Below are positions 35,640 to 47,632 of a stretch of 64,000 nucleotides of DNA, in pieces (position 1 is the first letter of the stretch; each line of letters opens with the position of its first letter). The notes under the pieces were generated by a model. It was not told where the DNA came from. It saw only the letters and a program-made list of their open reading frames with translations, and did not search any database. This DNA is from Epithemia pelagica (Eukaryota; Protista; Bacillariophyta), in contig OX337238.1 of NCBI GenBank assembly GCA_946965045.2, positions 1,116,001-1,180,000 of the forward strand, in the 5' to 3' direction. The position numbers and the translations under genes are program-made.

Positions 35640-35685
35640 CAAAATCCCATTTGCTTCGGTCGCGAATCGTTCGGAAGCAGCTCGC
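35640..35685 (+). repeat. 46-bp dispersed repeat, copy 2
   Basis: 43/46 identical to 32988-33033. Confidence 0.9.
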
Positions 35686-36154
35686 GCAGCCCGCACTTTT
35701 TCCGGGGACCCAACGGTAACCGTTGAGAGAAATATTTTCCAGGGCCATTTTTGTATAGAGATTGGTAATACTAAGTGCGCCCAAGGCCTCTAAGTAAATC
35801 AGAGCGCGCTATATCAACGTACACATGTTGTTCTGTAATTATGCTTCCAAAATAGTTCCAAGACCGTTCCAAAGCCTGCCGACCATACGGCCTCATCTCC
35901 ATCCGACAAAGTGTTCGTTGTTGCAGCCAGTGGGTCTGTTTTTCTGGCACAGCGTGAGCAAATCAAAGCGACACTAACACCTAATCAAAGAGTACGTTCC
36001 CGACGCATCCACCAAATCTTTTCGAGTCGTCCCTCTAATCATTTCTGATCTGGTGGTTGCGTTATTCTCGTGCACTTGAAACGATTCAAGGCACTTCATT
36101 GACTACGAACCACACTACGAAACAAGAGCTGCTCCAATCTCCAGTTTAGCTTTT

Positions 36155-37930
36155 ATGCACATGGTGATGGGGAATGGAATGGAGAACAGGAGTAATGATA
36201 TGAGTTACACCACCACAGGCGTGGTCAAGATTGACAGCTCATCATCGTCCGTAACCATGAAGAACTCTGCAAGCAAGGATGTTGGTTGGATGGCGAAAAC
36301 CACTACATTGATTGTCAATAATATGAGAGAGTTTGAAACAATTCATGAAGATGTGGAATTGACGTTTCAATCAGATTCAGAAGAATCGAATCAGGATGAT
36401 GCTCCACCAGAACCATCGACAGCCGTTGGAGGAGCGGCGGCCGCTGCAGCAATGCTGGAATTGTGGCGGCGGAGGCGAGACGAAGCATTGGCACTCCATC
36501 ACCGGACGCTACATCCCACGGTGGAACAGAACCAAAAAGATGTTCTTAGTGCGAACGATTGTTCCATGAATTCTGCGTTAGTGTCGACTCAAGATCCAAA
36601 ACAGCCAGAGGATGACGAAAAAGACGAAAATACCAAACGCATGGATTTGACAGTAGCTTCAACCAAGACACAGGAAAAGCAAGATGTTGATAGCAAAGGA
36701 GAAAATGAAGATGAAGATTTGGAAGCATGGTTGCAACAACAAGTTCATCATTCTGGATGGATTGTGTATCGAGCCTTGTCACGTCATGTCGTAAATGTAC
36801 GCCGCCATCAAGCCGTATCGACCATTGCTCGTGCGTGGCGTGCCTATCATCTCCAGCGTTGGTTGCAAACAAAGTCGAATGTGGGACATGAAAATCAGGA
36901 TGAGACAACGAGAAAAACTGCGGTGCCGGAGCGACAACAACGACAAGACGCTGCTGCAATAATATGTCGAGCGCTGCGTTGCTATCGCGCGCAACAAGTA
37001 TCCAAGCGAGCATTGGCCTTGAAGCGGTACCAACGTCGACAAGCCACCTTTGCTATGAGAAAAGCGAAGCGGCGCGAAGCCGCAGCACATACAATTTATC
37101 GTGCTCTGGTACGATTCCAGGAAAAACGGGTATGGGAGAAACAACACGGGAAACCGGCAAGTGATTCCTTGAGGTACTCTCCCAGTCCTTTCAATAGCAC
37201 CAGCGCTCCAGATTCTCCAAAACCTGAACCATCTCCTAATGAGCAGAACGATTCTACGTCCATGACTATCTCCAATTCATATCTGTTGAGCCTACCCCAA
37301 GATTCTGGTCCATCTGGGAATGAGGCTGGACCGTCGTCTCCAGTGCGCTCTTTGCCCACGTCTTCACCGCCTTCTTCACCAACCTGCCCATATCCACTTG
37401 ATTTGGAACATAGTCCAACCTCATCTCCAACAAGAAGTCCCGGGCAAAAGATGCATCATCGGATTCTATCCATTCATCGTGACATGCGGGTGCTGGAACA
37501 GGAGAGACTACAACATACTGCCCAAGCTACAGCAGTGATTCAAAAATGTTTCCGCGCCTTCTCGATCCGACGCAAGACTCTTGATTACTTGAAGCAAGAG
37601 CGCCGTCACCACGTTGTCGATGCAGGAAAACAACGGTTCCGTGCCACTGTACGGCGTCAACGACAACGAGTGCTGGGACAACGCAAAATGAAGAAATCTT
37701 GCCCTCCTCCTCCTCCTCCTCCTCCTCCTCCACACACTTCTCTTGCTCCGTCTTGGCCGACTTGTACTCGACGTCAAGGGCAAGAACAAGGGAAAAGGAT
37801 AAAGCAGGATTCCAATCTGCTTGAGCGGTACAGTCAATCCCTATCCTCTGTTCACAACTATGCACGGTTCAATTTTACGAGACAAGCCAATGAACATCAA
37901 CAATCCCCAAGAAGTGTGTTGTTTGGTTGA
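36155..37930 (+). CDS. IQ-motif (calmodulin-binding) protein, 591 aa
   Basis: Four IQ-like repeats (TIARAWRAY, IICRALRCY, TIYRALVRF, VIQKCFRAF), a Ser/Pro-rich linker, and a poly-Pro tract from a (CCT)n repeat. Confidence 0.75.
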   Translation: MHMVMGNGMENRSNDMSYTTTGVVKIDSSSSSVTMKNSASKDVGWMAKTTTLIVNNMREFETIHEDVELTFQSDSEESNQDDAPPEPSTAVGGAAAAAAMLELWRRRRDEALALHHRTLHPTVEQNQKDVLSANDCSMNSALVSTQDPKQPEDDEKDENTKRMDLTVASTKTQEKQDVDSKGENEDEDLEAWLQQQVHHSGWIVYRALSRHVVNVRRHQAVSTIARAWRAYHLQRWLQTKSNVGHENQDETTRKTAVPERQQRQDAAAIICRALRCYRAQQVSKRALALKRYQRRQATFAMRKAKRREAAAHTIYRALVRFQEKRVWEKQHGKPASDSLRYSPSPFNSTSAPDSPKPEPSPNEQNDSTSMTISNSYLLSLPQDSGPSGNEAGPSSPVRSLPTSSPPSSPTCPYPLDLEHSPTSSPTRSPGQKMHHRILSIHRDMRVLEQERLQHTAQATAVIQKCFRAFSIRRKTLDYLKQERRHHVVDAGKQRFRATVRRQRQRVLGQRKMKKSCPPPPPPPPPPHTSLAPSWPTCTRRQGQEQGKRIKQDSNLLERYSQSLSSVHNYARFNFTRQANEHQQSPRSVLFG

Positions 37931-38741
37931 ATGCATTGTAGATGTACAGTACACTGTAGTTTCAAATTTAGGACGTTTCATTAGGAAACCATTCATACTG
38001 ACAGTAGTGCAAGAATACAAAACGATTCTACGAGTACTGACTGTGCTGTTTTTTTTATTCTGTGTGGCGATTTATTGACTGGTCTCTGCGAAGCTGTTTG
38101 TATCTGGTATCTTCAGTGACGGGCGTTTTAGGCGGAGATTCAAAAGTCAAGCATGCATACAGCAATGGTATTCAACCACATGCGAAATCGACCTTTCTCT
38201 GATGTACATCGTCGAAAGAATAGACCTTGATCACGCTGAGTAACATGAAAGAAACATGAAAGAAACCTAGGAGTACTCCTACTCAAAAGCCTATGGGAGC
38301 CTTTGCAAGGGGTAGCTTTCAATGCGATCATCTTTGCCGCATTCCCGCAAAATGACCAATGACCTCTTCCCGACAAGATCCGAGGAGTCCCCCATGTCAC
38401 GCTCGCAAGAATTATTTTTAACGGATCAAACGTCAAATTTTTGAAAACGGGACCAAATTCATTATTACATAGTACTCCAAAGGGGGAACCCTATTTTGTC
38501 AGTGTCAGTTGACGGTTGGGGAGTACACAACAGAAATCAGAGCACCTCGTCCCTCACAAAATGTGGCACATCGATCAAGCTCGATGATGAGACCTTCCCT
38601 CTTCCCTTTCCAAAAGGAGGGATGAAACTATGAATTACATTGCCGTTTGCCGTGTCGGATAAGATTTCATATCGATTAGTGATCGAACTTTGCATGGTGT
38701 TCCTATACATCAACTGAAGGCGATCGAATTGATCCTCGCAA

Positions 38742-39223
38742 CGCTTCAAAATTATTTACAGGTGGAAGATCGTCCTATATGATCCTTTGTGCTTGTTGCA
38801 ATCGATTGAATGATACCTTTCCAATCGGCGATTAGTCGCCGACGCCAAATTCCCCTCATTAGCAAGCTAAACTGCCGCTCCTGTAACAATGTCTTGAATG
38901 TCATTGACAGCCTTTCCCCATCGCCGTTCCAACTTGTCTCCAAAGGATTCTCGTCGCAGGGAATCACGGATACAGCGATGAGTCTCGCTTCAAAATTATT
39001 TACAGGTGGAAGATCGTCCTATATGATCCTTTGTGCTTGTTGCAATCGATTGAATGATACCTTTCCAATCGGCGATTAGTCGCCGACGCCAAATTCCCCT
39101 CATTAGCAAGCTAAACTGCCGCTCCTGTAACAATGTCTTGAATGTCATTGACAGCCTTTCCCCATCGCCGTTCCAACTTGTCTCCAAAGGATTCTCGTCG
39201 CAGGGAATCACGGATACAGCGAT
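38742..39223. repeat. Perfect 238-bp tandem duplication (38742-38979 / 38986-39223) with a 6-nt junction insert
   Basis: Two identical 71-aa ORFs offset by 244 nt; junction sequence GAGTCT. Confidence 0.93.
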
Positions 39224-39779
39224 CAGTCAGAGACTCAATATTCTCATCCTCCTCTGTTTCGGTAGATGCACTCGTGTCGGAAAAAGTTTCAACTGTGCGT
39301 TCATCATGGACACATTTCACTTGAGCTGACAGGCATGCAAATAGCAAATCGTGCGAATTGCGAGAATGGCACTGCAGCTCCCATGAGCAGGTTGACGTTT
39401 TGAAGTAAAGCGTTTCGTTGCCCAACGCCTTGACTTCGTTAATGTCGTAGGCGGATATGCGGTAGGACTGTGGAGATCCCGAAGAAGCAAGGTTGAATTC
39501 CGCAGAATTTGCACGACATCGTCGATGATTTCGTGGCGATGGTAGCATGACGTCCAATGGATGTAGCAAAAGCTCCCATCCAACTGTACTTGTGGATAAA
39601 GTGAATTCTGGAACGGGCACCCATGGTAAGTTTGACTCTGGAGGAATCCAATGACTTAGTGTGCAAACCATGAGTCCCTCGTACTCTACCAAGCACTCCG
39701 CACCGCTGTGACGGCAACGGCGTGCTCTCTGCAAAATAGAAACATTACATGATCCGTAAGACAACCTGGAAGGAAGCAT
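39111..39779 (-). CDS. Hypothetical protein, 222 aa (possibly truncated or decayed)
   Basis: ATG-initiated ORF with an acidic patch; no recognisable family. Confidence 0.4.
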   Translation of the reverse strand: MLPSRLSYGSCNVSILQRARRCRHSGAECLVEYEGLMVCTLSHWIPPESNLPWVPVPEFTLSTSTVGWELLLHPLDVMLPSPRNHRRCRANSAEFNLASSGSPQSYRISAYDINEVKALGNETLYFKTSTCSWELQCHSRNSHDLLFACLSAQVKCVHDERTVETFSDTSASTETEEDENIESLTDRCIRDSLRRESFGDKLERRWGKAVNDIQDIVTGAAV

Positions 39780-40596
39780 TTCTTATAATATACAACATAT
39801 TCCATCGACCGTACTTACACATTGAACAGTGATATCGTCGCTGGATGATGCCATGATCAGCACTTCCGAACTCAAACAATAGAAAGTTGATTGGAACAAA
39901 TGAACGATCTCCGAAGTCCTAAGCAAATGACCAGGATGGGAAGGCTGAAAGCGGGAGTGGACTGCTGGGATGAGAATGGGAAAGGACAGTATACAACACT
40001 CGAAAGCAAGACACGAAGATTCTCTTTGCCATGCGGAACGAGTCTTGTTGTGTGCTCAGCGCGTCTCGCCTAAAGAAAACTCATCGGTCGTCTCTGGTCC
40101 TGGGTGTGTTTCCAAAAACCGTCGGATGAATTCAAACCAACCTGCTTGCGCGTCTCCATTTATGAATACGCCGGCACGTTTCAATTGCATGCGTGGTAAT
40201 CCTCTTTTTCTTTAAGTACATTTGGTATTGCCCATCTACTTCCCCATGTCACATTATGTATAAGTTGAAACATAATTAGAGGAAGCTCATGTTATAAAAA
40301 TTTTATGCGCAGGGCATGGGACTGGCAGTTGATCGTCTTCTGTCCGCCGTCAGCGTCTTGTTGCAACAAAATCTGAAATTCTTGTGAAAGCATTGACAAC
40401 TGCGGCTCCATGCCTAATTAAACAATCCCGCAAAACAAGAAATAGTAATAGAACACATTGTGATGCATGCTACAAGTGTGCTCACAGCAATGTGTGATAT
40501 AAACTGGAACATGTATTAGCGCTTGCCTGTTTGTTGTTTCTTTGTCTGTGGACGAACAAACGGATTGGAAGTGGTTTTGAAGAATCACGAAAGCTG

Positions 40597-43500
40597 TCAT
40601 GCGACCGCCTTGGTGGCGCTGGTCTGTTCTTTACGATTACTGTACAGCCAACGCCCGATCGCTTTCAAGACTTCATCCACGAGAAGAATCGGAAGTGCCC
40701 ATGCCGCAACGGTCCACCACTGGGAGCCTGACAAGGGGACCTAAAACGAGGAAAACAAAACCAAAGATAAGGCCCAACGACGTTAAAACATCCGCGTACA
40801 TGAACTGGATTGGTCACCTCGAAAACGTACCATTCCCAAGCTTTCCGCCAATGCCGGAAGTCCAATGTTTGGACTGTACAACACAAACAAATGAAGCAAA
40901 AGAGGACCTGCCACTCCCAAGAGCAACCATGGGTTTGATTGCGGCCCCACTCGCAACAAAGAACTATCAACCGAAACTGCGGACAATGCCTTGAGCATTT
41001 CCATGCAAACCAGAGTTGTCAATGACAATGTTTGTGGGATCATTCGTCCCTGACCCTGGAACAACTCGGTACAGCTAAGCCCAGAACCGGAAGGTGGTTG
41101 CCAGAACTCTCCGCATTGACTCCATGATGCAATCTGATGCAATGAAATGCCCTGTGACAGGTAGTGCTGGACATACACACCAATAGTGGCTAGGCCAACG
41201 TACAAGCCCGTCAAACAGTAACGTGTCAAAAGCCATCGCGTCATGATTGGCTCATCACTGGGACGAGGTGGCTGTTCCATCAAATCAGGAGATGGTGGGT
41301 TGAATCCCAGAGCTGTGGCAGGTGGTCCATCGGTGACCAAGTTTACCCACAGCAAATGCATGGCCGTCAAAGGTTCGGGGAAGCCAGCCAAAGTGGCAAA
41401 GAAAATGGCACAAATCTCTCCAATGTTACAACTGATCAAAAAGCAAATAAAGGCCTGCATATTGGCGTATATGCGTCGGCCTTCCTCCACCGCGTTGACA
41501 ATTGTCGAAAAATTGTCATCTGCTAGCACCATATCCGCAGCTTCCTTCGAAACTTCCGTGCCTGTAATACCCATGGCAACACCAATGGCTGCTTGTTGAA
41601 GCGCAGGGGCGTCATTCACTCCCTGTAATGATAAAAAATAGGATAGACGGAAATGTGAGCATTTTGAAGAAGTGCCTTTCGAAAGCAGAAGTAGAAATAC
41701 GTACATCCCCCGTCATTGCGGGTACCTCATGGAGGCTCTGCAACATTTTGACCAACTTTTGCTTGTCAGCAGGTTCGGCACGACAGAAAACAAGGTTGTC
41801 ACGTTTCAGGAGTTCCAACTGTTCTTCTTCTGGTTTTTGAAAGAATTCTCGACCTTCAAAGGCCTTTAGAGTAGAGGCGTCGGCCGTTGCCGCAAAAATG
41901 TTGACATCTTTGGCAATCGCGATGGCTGTATCACGAGCATCTCCGGTGATCATAATGACCCGGATACCCGCCTGCGAACACAATTGGATGCTTTGGGCCA
42001 CTTCAGGACGTGCTGGGTCCTTGATACCAACAATTCCCACCAAGGTTAACCGACTTTCAATGTGTCGAAAGTTTTCTGGACGTGACAAGAGCGGATGGTC
42101 GTCCATGTCTGTCGAGGTATCCAAGGTTTGCAAGCTGTCTTCCAAATCATCGTGTTCCTTGACGGCCAATGCCAAACAACGCAAGGGCCGCGCGGCCATT
42201 TCGGATACCTTGGCCTCGACTTTACGGCGGAGTGCACCGGAGAGTCTTACCACTGTCCCATCTCGTTGTTTGATATGAGTACAACGTTCAATCAACAAAT
42301 TGGGAGCACCCTTGACGAGCAATCTGGAAGAGAAGGGTGTCGATTCTTTTCGTCTTCGTCTCCTTCTTGTCGGTGGAGGTGTTTTGGGGCGTCCTGTATT
42401 CAAGGGAACCAAGGCTCGTGACAGTTCCTCTGCCGGTTTGTCCAATTCCATGGACCAGGGAAATTGACACAGGACGGACATGGATTTCCGATCGCGGCTA
42501 AACTCCAATGTCGCAGTGCGAGGTCGTCGTTCCCTCCACAAATTGACATTGGCATGGGCCACTGCAGCGGGGTCCATGGGGATGGTCTCCGTCGAGGGTT
42601 CGTCATCCTCGTCCGCTTCCTCATGGTCCAGTGTCGTCGTGTCGGTCAAGCCTCCAATCTTTTCCGCCAAGACGCACAATGCCGCTTCCGTAGGTTCTCC
42701 AATCCGTTCAAACAACTTTTCTCGTTTTTCCAGGGCCTTTTTGCGTCGACTGGTGGATGATTCCTTCTTCTTCTTCTTCTTCTTCTTGTGCTCTTGTTCC
42801 TCATCATGGTCGTCGTTTTTCGTTTCGGGAGAATTTCCTACAATTTGGGCATCGTTGCACAAGGCAGAAACGGCTGCCACATCGGCCAAGGCACCCCGTG
42901 GATTCAATTGGATTTCCACATCCTTGGCAATGCCTTCAATGTCCCCCAGAGGCGAATACGACGATCCTTGAATCCCATGTTCAATCATGACCAGATCTTT
43001 GTGATGGTCATCTTCCGTCATTCGATGAGGCGATCGTCGTCGTTGACGCTTGCGGCGTTTCTGTTCGTCCTGGTGGTCATTTTCTGGCACTAAAGGTACG
43101 GGTTCCAAGAGAACCAAAGACACGGCCGTCATTTCATTGGTGGTCAAGGTTCCGGTTTTGTCGGTACAAATGACTGTGGTACATCCCAAGGTTTCGACAC
43201 TGGGCAATTTGCGAACCAAAACATTGCGTTCGGCCATTTTGCGTGTCCCCAAACTCAAACAGAGGGTAATGACGGCCGGCAACCCTTCGGGAATGGCTGC
43301 CACACCCAGGGCGACTGCCACCTTGGCATAATACAAGGCACCTTCCCACAAATTGCCATCAAAACTGGAATCTTGCATTTTGGGAATGGATACAATCCAA
43401 ACCAAGGCACAAATAGCGGCAATAATCACCGTGAGCTGATTGCCAAATTCATCCAATCGAGCCGCCAAGGGTGTTTTGACCGCTTCGGCTTGCGCGGCCG

Positions 43501-44704
43501 TGACACCTTGTTGAATTTTGCCAAATTGCGTATCCATACCCGTTTGTACCACCACGGCGGTGCCACTGCCGGCCGTGACCATGGTGCCACTAAACAACAA
43601 ACCTTTTTGATCGGCAATGGGAGCATTGGGAATGGTCGAGACATGATTGGGGAGTTTGGGGACCGTGACGGATTCACCCGTCAAACTGGCCTCGTCCAAT
43701 TGCAAATTGGCACCCTGTGTGGCAATCAACCGAGCATCGGCCGGAACCTTGTCGCCCACCTTGACGACCACCACATCACCCGGTACCAAATCGGCCGACG
43801 CACACGTTTGCACGAGACTGTCTCGTAGGACTGTGGCCGTCCCCGCTTGCATGGTTTGCAGAGCTTGGAGGGAATCGGCCGCTGATTGAATTTGGACAAC
43901 ACCCACAATGGCATTGACGACCAAAATGGCCAAAATTACAGCCGGCTCGACAAAGGATTTCCACAAGGCTTCGGAAGAGGCACCACCATGTTGTTGCTGA
44001 CTAACTTCCCAAACTGAAAACAAGGCCGACAAGACGGCGACACCCAGCAAGATTTGAACCAATCGATCCTCAAATTGTTCCAACACCAATTGCCACAAGG
44101 ATTTGGAGAGGGGTTGTGCCAAGACATTGGGACCAAAGACTTGTAAACGACGCGCGGCCTCATCCGATGTCAAACCTTGCGAAGGAGACGATTGAAGCAG
44201 GGACCACAAGTCGGTCAGTTCGAGACTGCCTGCATCGGTTGCCGAAGCATTGTACGACAACACACGGGGTTCCTCGTCTGCCTCAGTATTGGTCACGGAA
44301 GAATCCGAAGCGGAAGATGACAAGGCTGTGGAGGAGTCTTCTCCTGTGTTGGTGGAGGGCGGAGGAGTCGCTGGTTGGGGCAACCATTTGGGTCGACGAG
44401 TCGTTCTTGGTTTGGACGCTGCTGCTGTATGGGGCCACAACCGTTGCAACAAGGCATGTCGAGGTGGTCGAGACACTTGTTGGGTGTGGGTGGACGAGGC
44501 CAACGAGGTGGTTTCGGCGGCAGCAGTCACATACGAGTGCGCCCAACAGCCATTGCTTGTCGTGGAGTAGTGGTTCAAGACGATTGTGCACCACAAGACA
44601 GTCAAGATGGACACGTTCCAGGGACGAGAAAGACCTGATGTAGTAGTACGGCGTTTCTTCATGGTGCCGTTTGTCGGAACGCGACGGTTCCTATCCCTAG
44701 ACAA
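40597..44704 (-). CDS. P2A (SERCA/ECA-type) Ca2+-ATPase; exons 44704-41705, 41622-40831, 40740-40597
   Basis: Motifs LTGES, IPEGLP, CTDKTGT, KGAP, DPAR, MITGD, AMTGD|GVNDAPAL, SNIGE-like ISCNIGE, LWVNLVTDG. Two phase-0 GT-AG introns (82 and 90 nt). Confidence 0.95.
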
Positions 44705-44959
44705 GCACCGTGTTTTGTTCTCGGCTTCTCGGTTGCCTTTCCTCTCGATGAGATTGGGACGCCAGTGCGAATTGGCAAGGAGCTTGCAGCGAGTGATGTC
44801 AAGTCAATCAGCGGCGCTGGATCGAAACAGCCAGAGGATAACAACGACAACAACAACAGCAATAACTCAGTGCCGTTTGGCGGCAATTGGCCATGGAGAA
44901 TCCAATCACTTTTGACTGTGCGTATCTTTGAGTCCCGAGTCCTGTTGTCCCGAAGGGGA

Positions 44960-45482
44960 TCGCACAAGGTAGATGACCGTGACTGATCGTACGATGAGTC
45001 ACGATCAATACCTAGTGGTTTCATCTGGCTGTGACGTCATAATATACAAACACCTAGCACATGTAGATCGTAGTTTAGACAATGGGGAGAAAGGGAATAC
45101 GATAGGAGGCGCTTTCAATGGCCTTGGACATGAGCTAGACATCATCCATGAACATGTGCGATATCTTGGGACGATTGAATGCGATCTAGATGTCAGATGC
45201 ACACGAACCAGCAATGCTGCGTGTAGATTTCTACGTACCTAGTACAAATGGATGGAAAAGGGGGAACAACAACAACGAGCACTAACATAGACGATAACAC
45301 TCACAATTCTAAAAAGCATCATCATCACATCTCTTTGTGTCCTACCTACTCTTCTAGTAGTTGTTGGCCTTTTCCTTGACCCGTGGGGGATTGGCTACGT
45401 GGTTGGTGCCTTGAATTGTCTAACGCTTTGTTGTATCTTTGATTGTTGTGTCGTAACGACCGGAGTCCTTCATCTTTTGTCA
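44960..45482 (+). repeat. B 5' LTR (TC...CA termini)
   Basis: Direct repeat of 61086-61608; contains TGACGTCA at 45032-45039. Confidence 0.95.
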
Positions 45483-45496
45483 GATTAACAGTCTCA
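45483..45496 (+). promoter_or_regulatory. Putative PBS (tRNA-Asn anticodon arm), family B
   Basis: GATTAACAGTCTCA, identical to family A and abutting the LTR. Confidence 0.8.
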
Positions 45497-46552
45497 ACAG
45501 CACGCCTGTTGATTGTTGTTCTTGTCTCCTTTCCGAATCGTTTGGTTGATTGTTGTCTTTGACCGATCTCTTGCGTTGTTTGTGTTTGTTGGGTTCGCTC
45601 TTACTTCCGAAGGTAAAATTCGTTCGGAGGGATTGATTCTCATATCCCGTCCTCTCCGTCTCGTCATATTCGATCGATTCATCCATTTGGTTGGTTGTTG
45701 GGTCGGTTGGTTGTCGTCTTATCGTTGTCGAAAAATCTTCATTGTCGGCATCGAATTTTGTTTTTCGTCGTTTCTTGTTTGTGTCCGAAAACAGAGTTGG
45801 GGGAACTATCCGAGGTAACCAATCCCACGGGCAACCCAACTCCCAGTCCCCGCGAGACTGTCGTATCCCCATCCCGTACTTTACGTACAAGTAAGCCGCA
45901 AGGCCGAAAAGAGGGCGATCCTTGCCAGACCGGCTGGATACCGTCAGGGGGCGAAGTTAAGGTACTCAACAGGTACTACTTCGCGTGCTCCGGCACACGT
46001 GTTCGTTACTAACAACGCATCTGTTGCTGTCGCCCGCCAAGCGATCAGGCTCTCTATCTTTGCGCTGTGGACAGATTGCTTAACCGCCAGACGTTACCTT
46101 CCTGGTGCGCGATTGTTCTTGGTTTTCCCACCTTTTGATTGCTTCTTTTCCTTCCTACACGTGGAGTTTGGGCTAGGGATTGGCAATCCCGGTGTGTGGA
46201 GTCAAGAACAGACATCGTCAGATCTTGCTAGTTCTTCGTTACCCTCGGGTAGCAACCTAGCCTAAAGACTGCAGTGGAAGCGCGTCACATTCTAATTAGC
46301 TTCGCTCAGCGAGCCCCGTGACATTGCTCCCGGTTCTGAATAGCACCTCTGCTTGGAGTTTTATTTTCAATCGGTTTGATTTCAAGTGTTTTATTTGGTT
46401 TTATTTTCAAGTTTTTCAAGTTTTTGGAGACGGATACAAGTAGGCTACTACCTGGTGAATTTGATTCAGAGGGCTCTTCAGTAGTAACTTCATCCTATCT
46501 CCGCTCAAGATATTCAAGTTTTTCACCTAGTTCTACCTAGTTTACTGATATC

Positions 46553-47632
46553 ATGACGGAACCGACTGAGAATGCAGTAGATCTTTCCCAGGATCCAGTT
46601 TTTCAGCACATCTTTACTACGATCTTGAATCAACCCCCAGATCGCCTTACTGATTTCCAAGACTGGTTTACTCATCACAAGTTTTTGGACTTCTCTGAGT
46701 TTCTTGAGTTGTATGTCTTCGATCCTGAAACCCTTGCGGATGACCTTGAATTTAAAACTAAGCAACAGCCTAAGACCCAGAAATTACATCCTACCTTCGC
46801 TAAGCAAATTCGTGCTTTCCTTCTTTGGGCTAATCATCTTCAATCTCTCGCTCAGCGTTTCTTTGGTGCTGATGACTGGTTAGCACTTACTCGCGAGGAT
46901 TATGGTCGGTTTCGCATCGGGACTTATTTCCCTACTCCTTCTCAGTCTCGGGCCTTAAACGTGCCGTCTACTCCAGGTACTCCATCTCTTGGCACTCCGG
47001 GGGGGAAGTCTACTATGTCTAACTCGTCTCAGTCCCAGCAAGATTTGACTACCTTTCGTAAAGGCATTAAACGCGACTCAACGGCATATGAAGTACTCAA
47101 GGAAGAGAAAAACTATGACCCCTTTATGCGTAGTTTTCGTGCTACTGCACTTGCTCAAGGATTAGGCAATGTTTTGGATCCTTCTTTTGTTGTGGATTCC
47201 ACAGATCCTGCTGCCTCTGCTCTTTACCGAGAACAACAGATCTTTCTATATTCAGTTTTAGTTCGTTGTTTACAAACTGATAAAGGTCGTGCTATCATTC
47301 GTGCCCATACTACGGACATGGATGCTACAGCCGTCCTAGATGAGTTACGCACTCATCATACGGACTCCGAGTTGTCACGCAAGGAAATCATGCGTCTTAC
47401 TGCCTATCTTACAAACATTCGTCTTGATTCAGCATGGAGAGGCACTACATCCCAGTTCTTGCTTCATTTCAATGAACAACTACGTCTTTTAGATAGTCTA
47501 TGTGATTCTAGCCAAAAGCTACCTGATTTTTCACGTACTACTTTTCTCATGCAAGCTGTGGATGGTAATGAAGATCTTCGACGTGTCAAGATTTTCGATG
47601 ATTTTCTTAAATCCCAATCTGGGACTCATGCA
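46553..47632 (+). pseudogene. B Gag, N-terminal part, interrupted by A2
   Basis: FRKGIKRD, LRLDSAWRGT-type and FLMQAV motifs are homologous to family A Gag; continues as ...THA|KMSYDDY at 55958. Confidence 0.9.

Noticed and set aside
44951-44959. Target site CGAAGGGGA resembles B's own PPT region CGAAAGGGGAG
   Set aside because: A single event with a clean 5-bp TSD fits ordinary integrase insertion; a short purine match can arise by chance.
45480-45890. Antisense 136-aa ORF (KKRRK patch) and short hydrophobic sense ORFs in the ~1-kb family B leader, as a counterpart of ORF0
   Set aside because: Weak starts, several overlapping short frames, T-rich composition and no similarity to ORF0; a single copy gives no test of selection.
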